From positions 21,340,558-21,404,557 of the forward strand of contig OZ316895.1 of assembly GCA_973895155.1 (NCBI GenBank): a stretch of 64,000 bases of DNA, given 5' to 3'. The notes under the pieces were generated by a model, which was given only the letters and a program-made list of their open reading frames with translations, was not told where the DNA came from and did no database searches. Of the stretch, positions 49,887-61,200 are shown piece by piece (position 1 is the stretch's first letter; each line of letters starts with the position of its first letter). The DNA comes from Marsupella aquatica (taxonomy: Eukaryota; Plantae; Marchantiophyta). A program made the translations under genes and the position numbers.

Positions 49887-51439
49887 TTTGAATTTGGCAG
49901 ATGTGTCAGTTTATTTGAAGGACTTCTGGATCTCAGTCCAGGTTGAACATTTCCAGCACTGTCCCTGATGTCCAGTCTATTTCCTTACAAAGTTTGAGAC
50001 TTTTTGGAGATCATTTGCTCCATTTTCAATGAATACAAAGATGGTCAAATCTTATATATCATGATTTCTCTTAGTACTTGGAAAATTTCATGTGAATCAA
50101 GACAGTGGAAACCAGTGTTTGTGAATAATGGCATGAAGTCTTGATGTCTTTCAGGTTCAAGGTAGTCAAGTCATCAAGCTACAAAGGAGACACGTTTGGT
50201 AATATAATGGAAATCAACTGCAAACGGTAAGGACACCGTTCACAGGTCACATTTGAGTCAAAAGTGTAAACAATGTCATTTGAGTCAAGTTTCAAGGTTC
50301 TGAGCAAGTCCTTAATCCCATTTGAGTCTTTTTTAAGTTGGAACATTCTAATTTTTTTTATTGAAAAGACCCTAATGTTCTTACAATACTCAAATGGGAT
50401 TAAAAAGACCCTAAGTTCTTCCACAAAAGTTCTAAATATTCTTTTAGAAGCAATAAATTGACCCTAATTTTATCATAGGTGATCATGTGCCAATTCTGTG
50501 GAAGTGAGACCCCCAAACTTCACACACAACGTGGAGGTCCATAGGGGCTTCAGTATAGAGTTTTAGGGATGGGATTGATGTTTTTTAAAGGTTTTTTTGG
50601 CTAAAGGGGCCAATTTTCTTCGTATAATTGCTCCAATGCTGGAATGGCAAAATCAATCAAATAACTGGACAACTGCAAAATACAAGTTGCGTAAGCAGCG
50701 TCCCCAACTAGCAGCCAAAGCCAGCAGACAAATTTCAACTTTCTATGTGTACCTATCCACTTAATGACAATATTGAAAAAGTCATTGTGTTTACAACTTG
50801 CAGTTGACATTGGATCACTTGAAATAGTGATTGGAAACAATTCTCATCAAATTTTCTTGGGAAATGATGCTCCCAATGGACCTAGCCTGTGAACTTGCAA
50901 CCCATATGCACCTTTACACCTTTTATGCCTTCACTCATTGACACCCTTCTGGCTTCCAAAAATTTTTCAAAAGCAAAGTTTGACCTTCAATAACTCCCAT
51001 GATATCCAGAGTCCCCTCTTATTGGGCTAGCTAGAAGTGGTATTTTACAAGACTAATATCATGTAGTACGTGGTTGTAGGGAGCATGTAGACAAATTTCT
51101 CCTTGTGATCCTCCTATGGTGCTTACTCTGGAGCTCTAACAGGCTTTTCAGCTTATTGCTCAATATGGTTACCTTTAGTTCCTTGCCTGTAGTGGGGGAC
51201 TCAGATTGGGCTGTTTGGCTCTTTTGTCTTCCTGGGTTCTTTCCCTTGTTTTATCCCCTCCTGCGTTGCCTGTCCTTCTACACCTTATAGTTGGAATGAC
51301 TCAACTCACCAGCCCCCATCGTGATTCACCCCCCCCCCCCTTCCCCCCCCCAACCCCAGAGTCCTGCATGTAGGGCTTCAGTCTACTAATAGATAGGGAG
51401 TATACATTTGCGTCAAACTGTATAGAATATAGAGTGTAC

Positions 51440-52330
51440 AGTGGCTAGAAAGGTTCAAATCAGGATCATATATATATCTCACTACCAAAGAACTAAATGC
51501 GTCAAATGGGGAGAAAGGATCCTGAGGCAACAAGACCCAAAGATAGAGGAGAAAGGTAATCTGAGGCACTTAGTTTACTTTACAGAACCACAATACTTCA
51601 GAGCAAATATTATCCCAGACCTGATAAAAAGGCCTTGTTCAGGCTAGAAATAGTATTCCCTAGCTTGCACCCCAATTAACTGGGACTTTTTGGATTCTGA
51701 AAAAAGGGGACTCTTCATACCAAAAACTGGGGCCAAAACCATCCTCAGGGACCACCCGGAGCCAAAGCCCCCAGGGACGGAAATGCTCAAGACATACTTT
51801 TATCTAAAGTGAAAGTTTGGGGTTTAAACCTATGGGGTCCCTGTGGGGTCCCATCTCTAAAAAGGACAGAAAAATTAGATAACCCGCTACTCTAGCAATG
51901 ACCTTGAAGGTGGGAACAGGAATCCCCAAAATAAAGATGACCCCAAGGTTTAAAAAACCAACATGTGGAGGTACTCTAGAAAAAAAATCTGGGCCCCCAC
52001 TAAGAGCCATGGAATATCAGTTTCTCGTAGTTCAAAAGTGGAACACCACCAAGAGCAATCAAGGGTTGGTTTCTCATAGTCCAAAAGTGGCACTCGTGTA
52101 AAGTGAAGCCATTTTGGGAAAAGGGAAGCTCGGGTATCATTGTGGTGGGACACCTACACATGCCAAGGCAGTCCCTCAAGCCATCAAGGGTCTCAAATTG
52201 TCCATATATTCATACAAACGTTATATTCTGAAGAAGGGTTCATTGGGCTTCTGTTTTATGTTAGGCAGACCCTCAACCAATCAAGACTCCCAAATTGTTC
52301 ATATCTTCATACAAACATTTTGAAGAGCAT
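51440..52330 (+). pseudogene. Possible highly degraded LINE (L1-like) reverse transcriptase remnant
   Basis: Fragments GERILRQQDP (cf. RGLRQGDP) and GKREARVSLWWDTYT (cf. FLWG...KVAWDTIC) lie in the expected order across broken frames. Weak. Confidence 0.3.
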
Positions 52331-52943
52331 TAATTGTCTATGACAAAGCTGGTTTTTGTGAATGACAATTGTCTCACATCTTATAATTTCATGATTCAAC
52401 AAGTGTAAGGGCATCATAAGGTCAAATTGACATGATGGACCCCAGGTCCTTAATTATATCCTCAAGAGTCTACTCCACCTAAACCCCCAATAAAACATAT
52501 AACACATTTTGTAAAGGAGTAAGAGGACTTGAAGGAAGTACTCTTCATGATGCTGCACTCAATCCTCTCTAAAAAAAAGATGGATATATATGATTTAATC
52601 TCAGGAAGACCTACTCTCCGGCCATCACTAGAAAAGATAAATGTACACTAAAAAAAAGCATGAGCAAGACCAATATGATACACCAAAATAAGTTGGATGA
52701 TCGGCAACAAAGAAGACCAATCTAAAGGATTCAGGCATGTGAGATATGCCATTAAAGATAAACCTAGGAGGACGTAAATGCTGTAGTGGGGTCCAAAAGT
52801 TGAACCCAACTCCATGCTTGCTTCGAGGCCTCCAAATGGGAGGAGCAGAGCCAATGGGTGCTCTGGCTAGAATTGCGCTTACTGGTGATGTTGTCATGGG
52901 TGCTTTCTTCAATGACTAGGGAGTGAGATGCCAACCCACCCAC

Positions 52944-55900
52944 CAGCGTATTTTTTAAGTGCGAAAATTTGCCAAATTCCACCTCCAGGTGGAGGCTTTG
53001 CCATATTTGGCGAACATTCGCCAGCAAATTTAGCGGCGATTCGCCGCTCTTCCACTTCCGGTGCACCGGGGTTCGCCAGAACATGCGTGGTAGGGCCAGC
53101 GGTGATCGCCACTTGGATCCACCACTCCCTGCCTGGCAATCGCCAGAAAATTTAGGAGTCATTCAGGGAAAATCACCACCGTTCCCACTTATCAGGGATG
53201 AACCTTCGCCAGCGATGTGCTTCGCAGGACTTAGGGTTAGGCAGGTTCGGGCAGGCACCTGGGGGTTGCGCATTGTCAAAGGATTTTGGTGTATTCTTTC
53301 ATTTCTTGCCTCCTTTCCATCCCTCTCGGCGGGCCGTCAGGACATTGAGTTATGTTGATACATTTTCTTCGGAGTTTTCCTGAAAATGTCGAGCCAATGT
53401 TGTCTTTCTTGCGTCTCCTTCTTTATGGCATGTTGGCTGGCGCGAGTTTGGAAATTGCGCGCGCTCTCGATAAGCTGACAGCCACCACTACCAGAGGCGG
53501 GAGTCTTGAATTTGTATGGCAGATGGCAGCGATGCGGGAGCACACATCCTACTGCAACCATCCTCTATTTGAACAGGGGGTTTTCTTTCTTTACTCACAG
53601 TTTTTCATTGAATGTTTCGCTTTCAGAACTCCTGCTGCTAGCAACATCTCGTTGCTTCATCCAAGTTCTGATTTGGTCATTCTGTTTGTGAGAGACTGAG
53701 GCTTACGCAGTGCATTGTTTCAGTTCGATTTTCGCAATTTACATCAGCAACATCTCGTTGCCATCTTCTGCTCCATCATGGCAATGACTAAGGCGAAGTT
53801 GAAGGCAGCACAACGTGCTGGCCTCCCAAATAACCTCATGGTGAAGTATTTTCTTTCTAATCGACTCAAGCCTTGCAATCCCAATGGCACCCCTGTCTTT
53901 CTTGGCTCAGGATCATCGTCTGGTGCTGCGGGACCTGCAGAGGATGAGGTTGTCACTCATGTAGGAGAGCCCATTGGTGTCGGATCTGACGACTCTGCTG
54001 TGGTTGAAGAGTTGGGAGAGGAGGTGGTGAAGAAGAGAAAAAGAAGCTATGAGATGAAGAGGCACTATCAACCGGGATGGGCGGCTATCCATCCTTGCGC
54101 CGAGGCTGCCACTCTTAACATGGAGGGGGAGGTTACTCAAGTGCGTTGCACTATTTGTACAAAGATTGAAGGGAGGGAGAAACTGTATGTTCCAAAGATT
54201 GATGGTCTTTGGAAGCATGCAGGGAGGAGACGTGCAGAACGCGCCATGGTGGTTCGGGGCCAGAAGGTTGCAAAGGGCGAGTTCTATTTCTCAGGCTCGA
54301 CCCAGCACGAGAAGAACGAGAAGTTGTTGCTGCATCGTCCCCAGGACCCTGTCCATCAACAAATGCAGGTTGCAATGTGTGCTGAGAGGAGAAGAAAACT
54401 TGTGCAGTTTACTCTTCTTTTTATGTTGCTGACATTGGGTCGCCCGATGAATGATTACGAAGTCATGGTGAAGCTGTTTCACCAGCTTAGAGTTCCTGAT
54501 ACTCCAACAACGCATTGGAGTGTGAATGCGGGTTGGGGCATGGCAGAGAGCATTTTTCACATGGTGAAGCTCAAGACCAGGGAGACTTGTTTCTCTGCAC
54601 GGTATCTCTCTGTCTCAGCTGATGAGGTAACTACTATCGACAATCAGTCTTGGCTTAGTGTCCATGTGTACGTCACAAAGAATTGGGAAAGGATTCCTTT
54701 CCTTCTTTCGTTAACAAAACTTGAATCTGGAGCTGATGCTGAAGCCATCACAGCCGCGGTGAAGGAGTCTCTCACTGGAGATTGTGGGAATCTGGGATGG
54801 AGTGAGGTGGCCACTAAGCTTGTTAGTTTCGGAGCTGATGGAGCTGCTGTCTTCCAAGGCCATCGAAGTGGTGTGTTGGCTCGGATGCATCGTGCTTATG
54901 CTCCCTTCATGACTGGCCTGCATTGTTGCGCTCACCGGACTAATATATGTGTGGAGAAGTTGGATTCTTTGCCAATGGTCGGGAAGATTGAGAATCTTGT
55001 AACCAATTTACATGCCTATTTTGCACATAGTCCGAAATGCCAACTGGAGTTCAAATGGCTAGCAGAGGACCTGGAGACCGAGGGATTGAAGATCCAACAT
55101 AACCACAAGACCCGTTGGATATCATTGTTATCACCGTTGCAGAGTGTCTTGCGTGAATACAAGACACTAGTGGTACAAATGTCCTCTGATGCTGCCACTC
55201 TCATGACAGCAAAGTCTAATGCTGCTTTGCTCTTGGACCTCAAGACTTTCCTATCTTTGCCGTGTCTGTTACCTTTGTTAAAGTCTGTGGATAATCTCAT
55301 CCGGTTTGCACAGTCTCGTAATGTTATGATCCCTCGTAATGTTATGATCCAAGACTACATCAATGCAGTCAAAGTTTGTCAAGCTGAGCTCCATTGCTAC
55401 TATGTGGATTTGATGACCTCATTCAGACCAGGTGTATTTGCTCCTTTTCAAGAGATTGTATCCAACCGGTCATACACTATAAGTCATGAGTGGATGACTG
55501 ACTTGGAGACGAGTGTGGAATACCTTTCCTTTCGAATTGCAGATCACACGTATCCAACTCATTGGTTCGATGAAATACTTGGCAAACAGTCTGCTGTGAC
55601 ACGACATGATTTTGATCATGTCGTGTATTCTGTGAAGAACCAATGCAAGGAGGCAGCACAGAAGCTCATAAAGCTTTTTGACACTTGGTTTCCTAACGTT
55701 GACCTCTTGAACGCCTTAGGAATAGTGCATCCACAATACTGGGAGAGAGAGGATGCCGAGGAGAACTTTGTGTTCTACATGTCTGTGATTCAGGAAGCTT
55801 TTTGTAAGCCCAAGTCAATGTCAAATGGAGGTGTTGCAGGAGACGAAACCATCAAGATTAGTCCAATTCTTGATTACAAAATGTTGGTGGAAGAGTAGAG

Positions 55901-57739
55901 CTACTTCAAGCTCACAATGGAAGGCAATGCCAGTAAGGTGATGGCAGAGCAGGAGTTCAACCCAGAGGTAATGAACCCCATGACACGGATGTGGAGGAGG
56001 TTGGGAAAAAATCCTCTCATTCGAGCTCGGATGGGTGAATGGTTCAAACTTGCAGAAATTGCTGTGGTCATAGTCACAGGGTCAGTTGAAGATGAGAGGA
56101 TCTTCAGCACACTATCTTTTGTTAAAAGCAAGCTACGGAATAGATTGGGGTGCCATTTGGATTGCACGGTACGAATGTTTTCTCAGCAATTTTACAGTCT
56201 ACTAGACTTTCCATTCCAAGATGCAATTACTCATTGGTTAGATGCAGAGAGGCGTGGAGTCACTGGTTAGGTGAGTTTGGGAATGTTATTATTGTGTAAA
56301 TAGATTTGGAATGTGGGATTGCAACAACGATGGATTGAGTGTGATTGGATTTAGAGTATAGAGCCATAGAGGGGTTAAAATTAGCGGGAATAGGGTAGGG
56401 GGTAGGGACTTTGGCTTTTGGAAGGACTGTGAATTTCCACAGTTTGGGGTTCGACACCCCACCGTTGCGTGTTTAATTGCAAAGGACGACAACGACTAGT
56501 CGCAGCATACGAACTGAAGTACCACTTGACGTGAGTGCGACTAGACTGTCTACTTGCGTGCCAGATTTCAGAAGCACATGTTGTTTGCGCCTCCATCCCC
56601 GCCTCCAGCTCCATACAGTATAAGCTTTGCTTCAGGTCATGTAATGTCACTTGCAAGAGTTTTGGCAGTGTACAGGAAGTGAGGAACCCCAGGAATTTGC
56701 AAGAGCGTCGCAGCAATGGCAAGGCCCAAGTGCTGCATGAGCAGGCGACCTCAGCCAAGCCCCGAGGCCGATTCAGTGGATGATGTTAAGGAGGAGCCGG
56801 AAGTGAGGAGGAGTGAGGAGGAGCCCTCACAGACGACCACACAGAACACGACTCGGGCCTGTGTACTTTCGCCATTGAAGCCTGTGTGGAAGGTTAGACC
56901 TACTCGGCAGACGAGGAGACAGCCAAGCCCGGACGCAACATCGAGTGTTGTTGTGATGGCAGATTGCGAACTTCTTCCGAAGGAGGAGGCAGGAGAGTTA
57001 AGTGGGGAGGAGCCCCATCATCAGACCGAGCACATGATGACTCAGGCTAGGGTACTCCCACAGCTGAAGGCAAGACCAAAGTTTCGAGCCACTGCAGAGA
57101 TGATGAGGGAGAGGAGAATGGGCTGATAGATAGAGGGCGAAGAAAACAGGCCAATGCGGCCACTAGCACAATTAGGATTTAGTCTGAATGGAAGCAATCA
57201 AGCAAGCTTCCAAGATTAGGCTAATCGTAGCTTATTACAACATTTTGTAGGACTCGACAAGAGCTTGACGATGGGCCGCAGAAGCCCTGTTTTTGTACAC
57301 ATTTTGACAGGCCAATGTGGTGTCTGATCTTATGAATCCAATTTTCCGATTCGGCATTTCCCACATCAATTTCTGTGGATTTCAGTGTGCTGCTATGGAT
57401 CTTATGAATGTTTCGAACCTTTTTGGTTGGAATGTGCTTTTCAGTTCCAATGTCCTGAATGCATTCGCCATCTCCCGCTACTCGCAGCAATGTGCATTAG
57501 CCATGTCGAATTGTCGACTACACACAATCTGATTCGCCAGTTTTGTCGACTGTGCTTGACCCGATTCGCCAGTTACCACGTTCACAAAAATATTCATTTG
57601 CCAGTGGGTTAACCACGTCAGGAACCTGGTTCGCCAGTTAAACCTACTGCCCGCCGCACCCAGTAGCCACCTCCCCTACCTGAACACTTATGACACTCGC
57701 CAGTCTGGCAAAAATTCAAAAACCTTAAAAAATACGCTG
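52944..57739 (+). mobile_element. Full-length hAT superfamily DNA transposon (4796 bp)
   Basis: Perfect 16-bp TIR CAGCGTATTTTTTAAG (52944-52959 / 57724-57739); perfect 8-bp TSD CCACCCAC (52936-52943 / 57740-57747); subterminal TCGCCA repeats at both ends; internal transposase. Confidence 0.96.
53778..56270 (+). pseudogene. hAT transposase (ZNF862/DUF4371-like) interrupted by one in-frame TAG at 55896-55898
   Basis: Zn-finger CTIC...H, SADEVT (D1), FGADGA (D2), HCCAH and KTRW precede the stop. The same frame resumes with GSVEDERIFS (catalytic E, hATC dimerisation region). The 53715 and 55917 ORFs are in frame. Confidence 0.92.
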
Positions 57740-58084
57740 CCACCCACCATCATTGGGACATATTGGGAGGGAGAATGTAAAGGGTAGAACTGGAGGTGGG
57801 GGTGGAATAACCACGTAGAGGCCTGAATGCTGATGCCATACAAGCGGGAGTGGTATGCAGTGTGAAGAGTGACCAATACCTTGAAAAATATGAAGAGCTA
57901 CTGTTAGAGAGACCCGGATCTATATTTCGAGGCTGCTATATGGTACAGGGCGAGGGGGGGGCCGGGGGGGGGGGGGGGGGCGTGCGCTAAGAGTTGGATG
58001 GAGGATGAAGGAGGGATAAGTAGTGCATCTTGCAGGTTCAACTTGAATATGAGAGATCCTTAAATGATGTCAAACACAAAGGCG

Positions 58085-58205
58085 ACCTCCAATTGGGGAG
58101 AGTGCTGGATACATCAATTTCCCCCAATTGTAGGATACATGAATTTCCTATGCTGCACAGGGGATGACCCTCCAATTGGACGATCCTCCAATTGGGGAGA
58201 GTGCA
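58085..58205. repeat. Interleaved short repeats with a dispersed copy at ~59326-59364
   Basis: CCTCCAATTGGGGAGAGTGC at ~58086 and ~58186; TGTAGGATACAT.AATTTCCT...CTGCACAGGGGATGAC at ~58129 and ~59326. Confidence 0.7.
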
Positions 58206-61200
58206 GGGCCTTTGTCACAACTCCAGACTCTGACGTGGAAGCCCTCAATCATATGTAATCAATAGGGCATCTGGTAATATAGTACTACCCTAACAATAAG
58301 CGTCAAAAGAAATGGAAGACAATGAAAGAAACCTCCCACACCAATCCCAGAAAGCACACTAGTATAGTACCTGCTACCAAAATAAACTTGGAATTTCTGT
58401 CTCTCATGCTTCTGGAAAGCCATAGGATCTCCTTGCCAAGAATGGGAGACTGCCCCACATGCCTGATGTCCTTCATGAATGAAAGAAATTGAAAATTTGT
58501 AGGTTTCCAAATCCCTAAAAAATTCCCATCATGTACCCTCCAATGAGCGAGAGCTCAGATACTCTACAATCAGAGACCAAATGTTGCATTTTTTTGGCAC
58601 CGTTGGAAAGAAAAATGCTTGATATCGTTCCCAAGCAGAAAGAAAATGTGATTCTCGAGTGGATTAATGTGACTACATCTCCACTACTGCTTGAGGAGAA
58701 ACATTGTTGAGGTGTACTTGGAAAGGATTTCCAAACGAAGTCGAAACAAGCCCACCACCAAGACTTTTCGTTTAGGACCACTGTGAGACAATTCCACAAA
58801 GATTCACAGCGAGGAACTAGCCGCAATTAAAAATCCTAAACCATTCTGCTCCCAATTCTCCAGTCCTTGTTCAATCCTGTCCAATTCCTCTAGTCCTCAG
58901 TCCTTTCCTCAATTCTTGTTCAATCCTCTCCCATTCTCCTCTCACATGGGGAGTTAGCGTTGGCCAGTCAGACTTCACTCCCAAATACTGAGCTCGATGA
59001 GTCGACAACCAGAGCTTGAAGATTCAATTCGGTCTGGAGTGCTGGATCTAGGCCTTGACTCTCACAGGCCTGGAATTCAGGGTTTGGCCAGGTGACTGTC
59101 GTTATTGATAACAATTTTTTGTTGTTCCCGTCTGTCTGACGAGAGAACTCTCAGCTCATGATTGCATCTCGTTGAGCAATCCTATTATACTCGATTTTGT
59201 CGGTGCTTTCTACTCTATTGTTCCCAATTTTGCCCAATAGATAATATTCTCACCAGCAAGACTGATGGTTCGTTCGTTTCCGTTCGCTTCATTTGCGAAT
59301 GCCAGTGATGCTGGGAATACTGCCTTGTAGGATACATCAATTTCCTGCGCTGCACAGGGGATGACGTGATTATGTCCATCAGTCATCAGTACATCACTCA
59401 GGAGCGGAGGTCAAGCTATGATAAAATCCAACTAAACTTTCCTCAAGCAATGCCAGAACATAAATTGCACAAGGAGATGAACTCACAAGCAACAGCCTGC
59501 CAGCCCTGCCAACTGGCCATCCCAGCTGCAGAGATCACTCAACTCCACTGAGGCACGTTACGCGAGAAAGTCTGATGAGCTCAGGTGCAGATCCTGTACT
59601 GCTGGCACCTCTTCCTTCAATTCCACCCTTTCGATTTTAGTTAAATGAATGAATGCCTGTGTGTTGCTGGTGGCGTTGACGATCATGCACTCCCATGGGA
59701 CTTGTCACGATTTCGTGGGCTCTACACCTTCAACTATGCGTCCACACCTCAGAGATGAACTTACTACTAAACCTGCATGGACCACCTGAATTGTTATTAA
59801 TTACCGAGATCAAACTTTGCCGCTGTCCGAATGCTCATTAACTTTGGTCCGTTCGGGTCCTTGAGTTCGGTCAAATGAATCCTAGCATCAAGTTGCAAAG
59901 TTGACCATACAATTTTGACCCAAGGAATTTAAGCTTGAGCTGCCGATGGCTGACGAAAAGCTCTGTGTCAGAAGTCTTGCTATCGAATTCGGTGCAATGC
60001 TCTGACTACGAACTTTTCTTCGTTAATGCAAGTCTGACAGTGGTGAGAATGATAACACCCAAAACATTTGAATGACCGCATCTACGTTGGGGCGCAACTG
60101 CCCCAAGGGATGATTGCACTCAAATTCGGCAGAGCTCCATTCACGAAGTGACGACCTCTCTACACTATACTCCACTCTCTGATGATCAGGAGGCATAACT
60201 GAGGCATTGCTGAAGAGTGATTCAGTGGGTGTGTCTCAATCATGTATCTCATTAGACATTGTACCGTAGTTGACTCAAAACAAAAATAGTTCACCTAGAA
60301 ACACACTTTTATTCTTCCACAGGAGAAGTCCTCTGTTGTGAACCTTTCGATTGTTGATCTGGACGCTTCAGATCAGCAGGCTGCTTTGCCCCTTCTGGGT
60401 GAGTTTAGCCGTCATTACTCGACTTGTCTCCCTTATAAATCGAAATTACATGTACAGTACAGAGTACATCCATAATAATGTAGACTAGATTCCGAGCAAG
60501 GCTTACAGCACTTTAAGGTTATGCGCTCTCCGAGGATCAAAGTACAAAGCTGCCAATTCCCGTGCCACCACCGTCTGCAGTTGAATTGAAATCTTGGAAG
60601 AGTGCAGCAGCAATTCCAATTTTGTAGTTCACCCGAAAATATACGCACATCTACAGTCTACTTAAAAGTGCAGGAAATGGCTTTTGCTTTGTTCAAGCTT
60701 TCTTGTCAATGACATGGCTTGTGATACACTGCAATTGGAGATAACCTGTAGCTCTCCTTTTGGAAACGGGATCGAGGAGAATGCAATGCAAAACTTATCA
60801 TGTACCGTAGCCTGATTTTTACTAGAAAGATGAGGGTCCAGATATCCAGAGACGACAGAAGTACAAATCAAAACTCTCCTAGCAAACATGGTCATCTTAC
60901 ACAATCCTGGTTTTTCAGAGAACACCCGATTCCCACCGATTCCACCCTCCACATAATCAAGGTACTACTTGAAATTGTAAATTGTAATTGAATCTGTGTT
61001 TCTCGCTTACATTGCTTATCCCCTTTCTCTCCTTCCTCCTTTGTACTCCAGTACGTGTGTTGAAGTCCCTCTTTTTAGAATTTCCATTCGTTGTGCGAGA
61101 AAACCTCCCACACTTAACTCTTCGAATGGACGAACTTGCTTCCCTTTGGTTCAGCTTTAGTCTCACAGGAAGCGTGATCTTCACTATCACCACTTCAAGG

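Noticed and set aside
55893-55904. Programmed stop-codon readthrough in the transposase
   Set aside because: The context TAG AGC TAC lacks the CARYYA readthrough signal; a CAG>TAG mutation is simpler.
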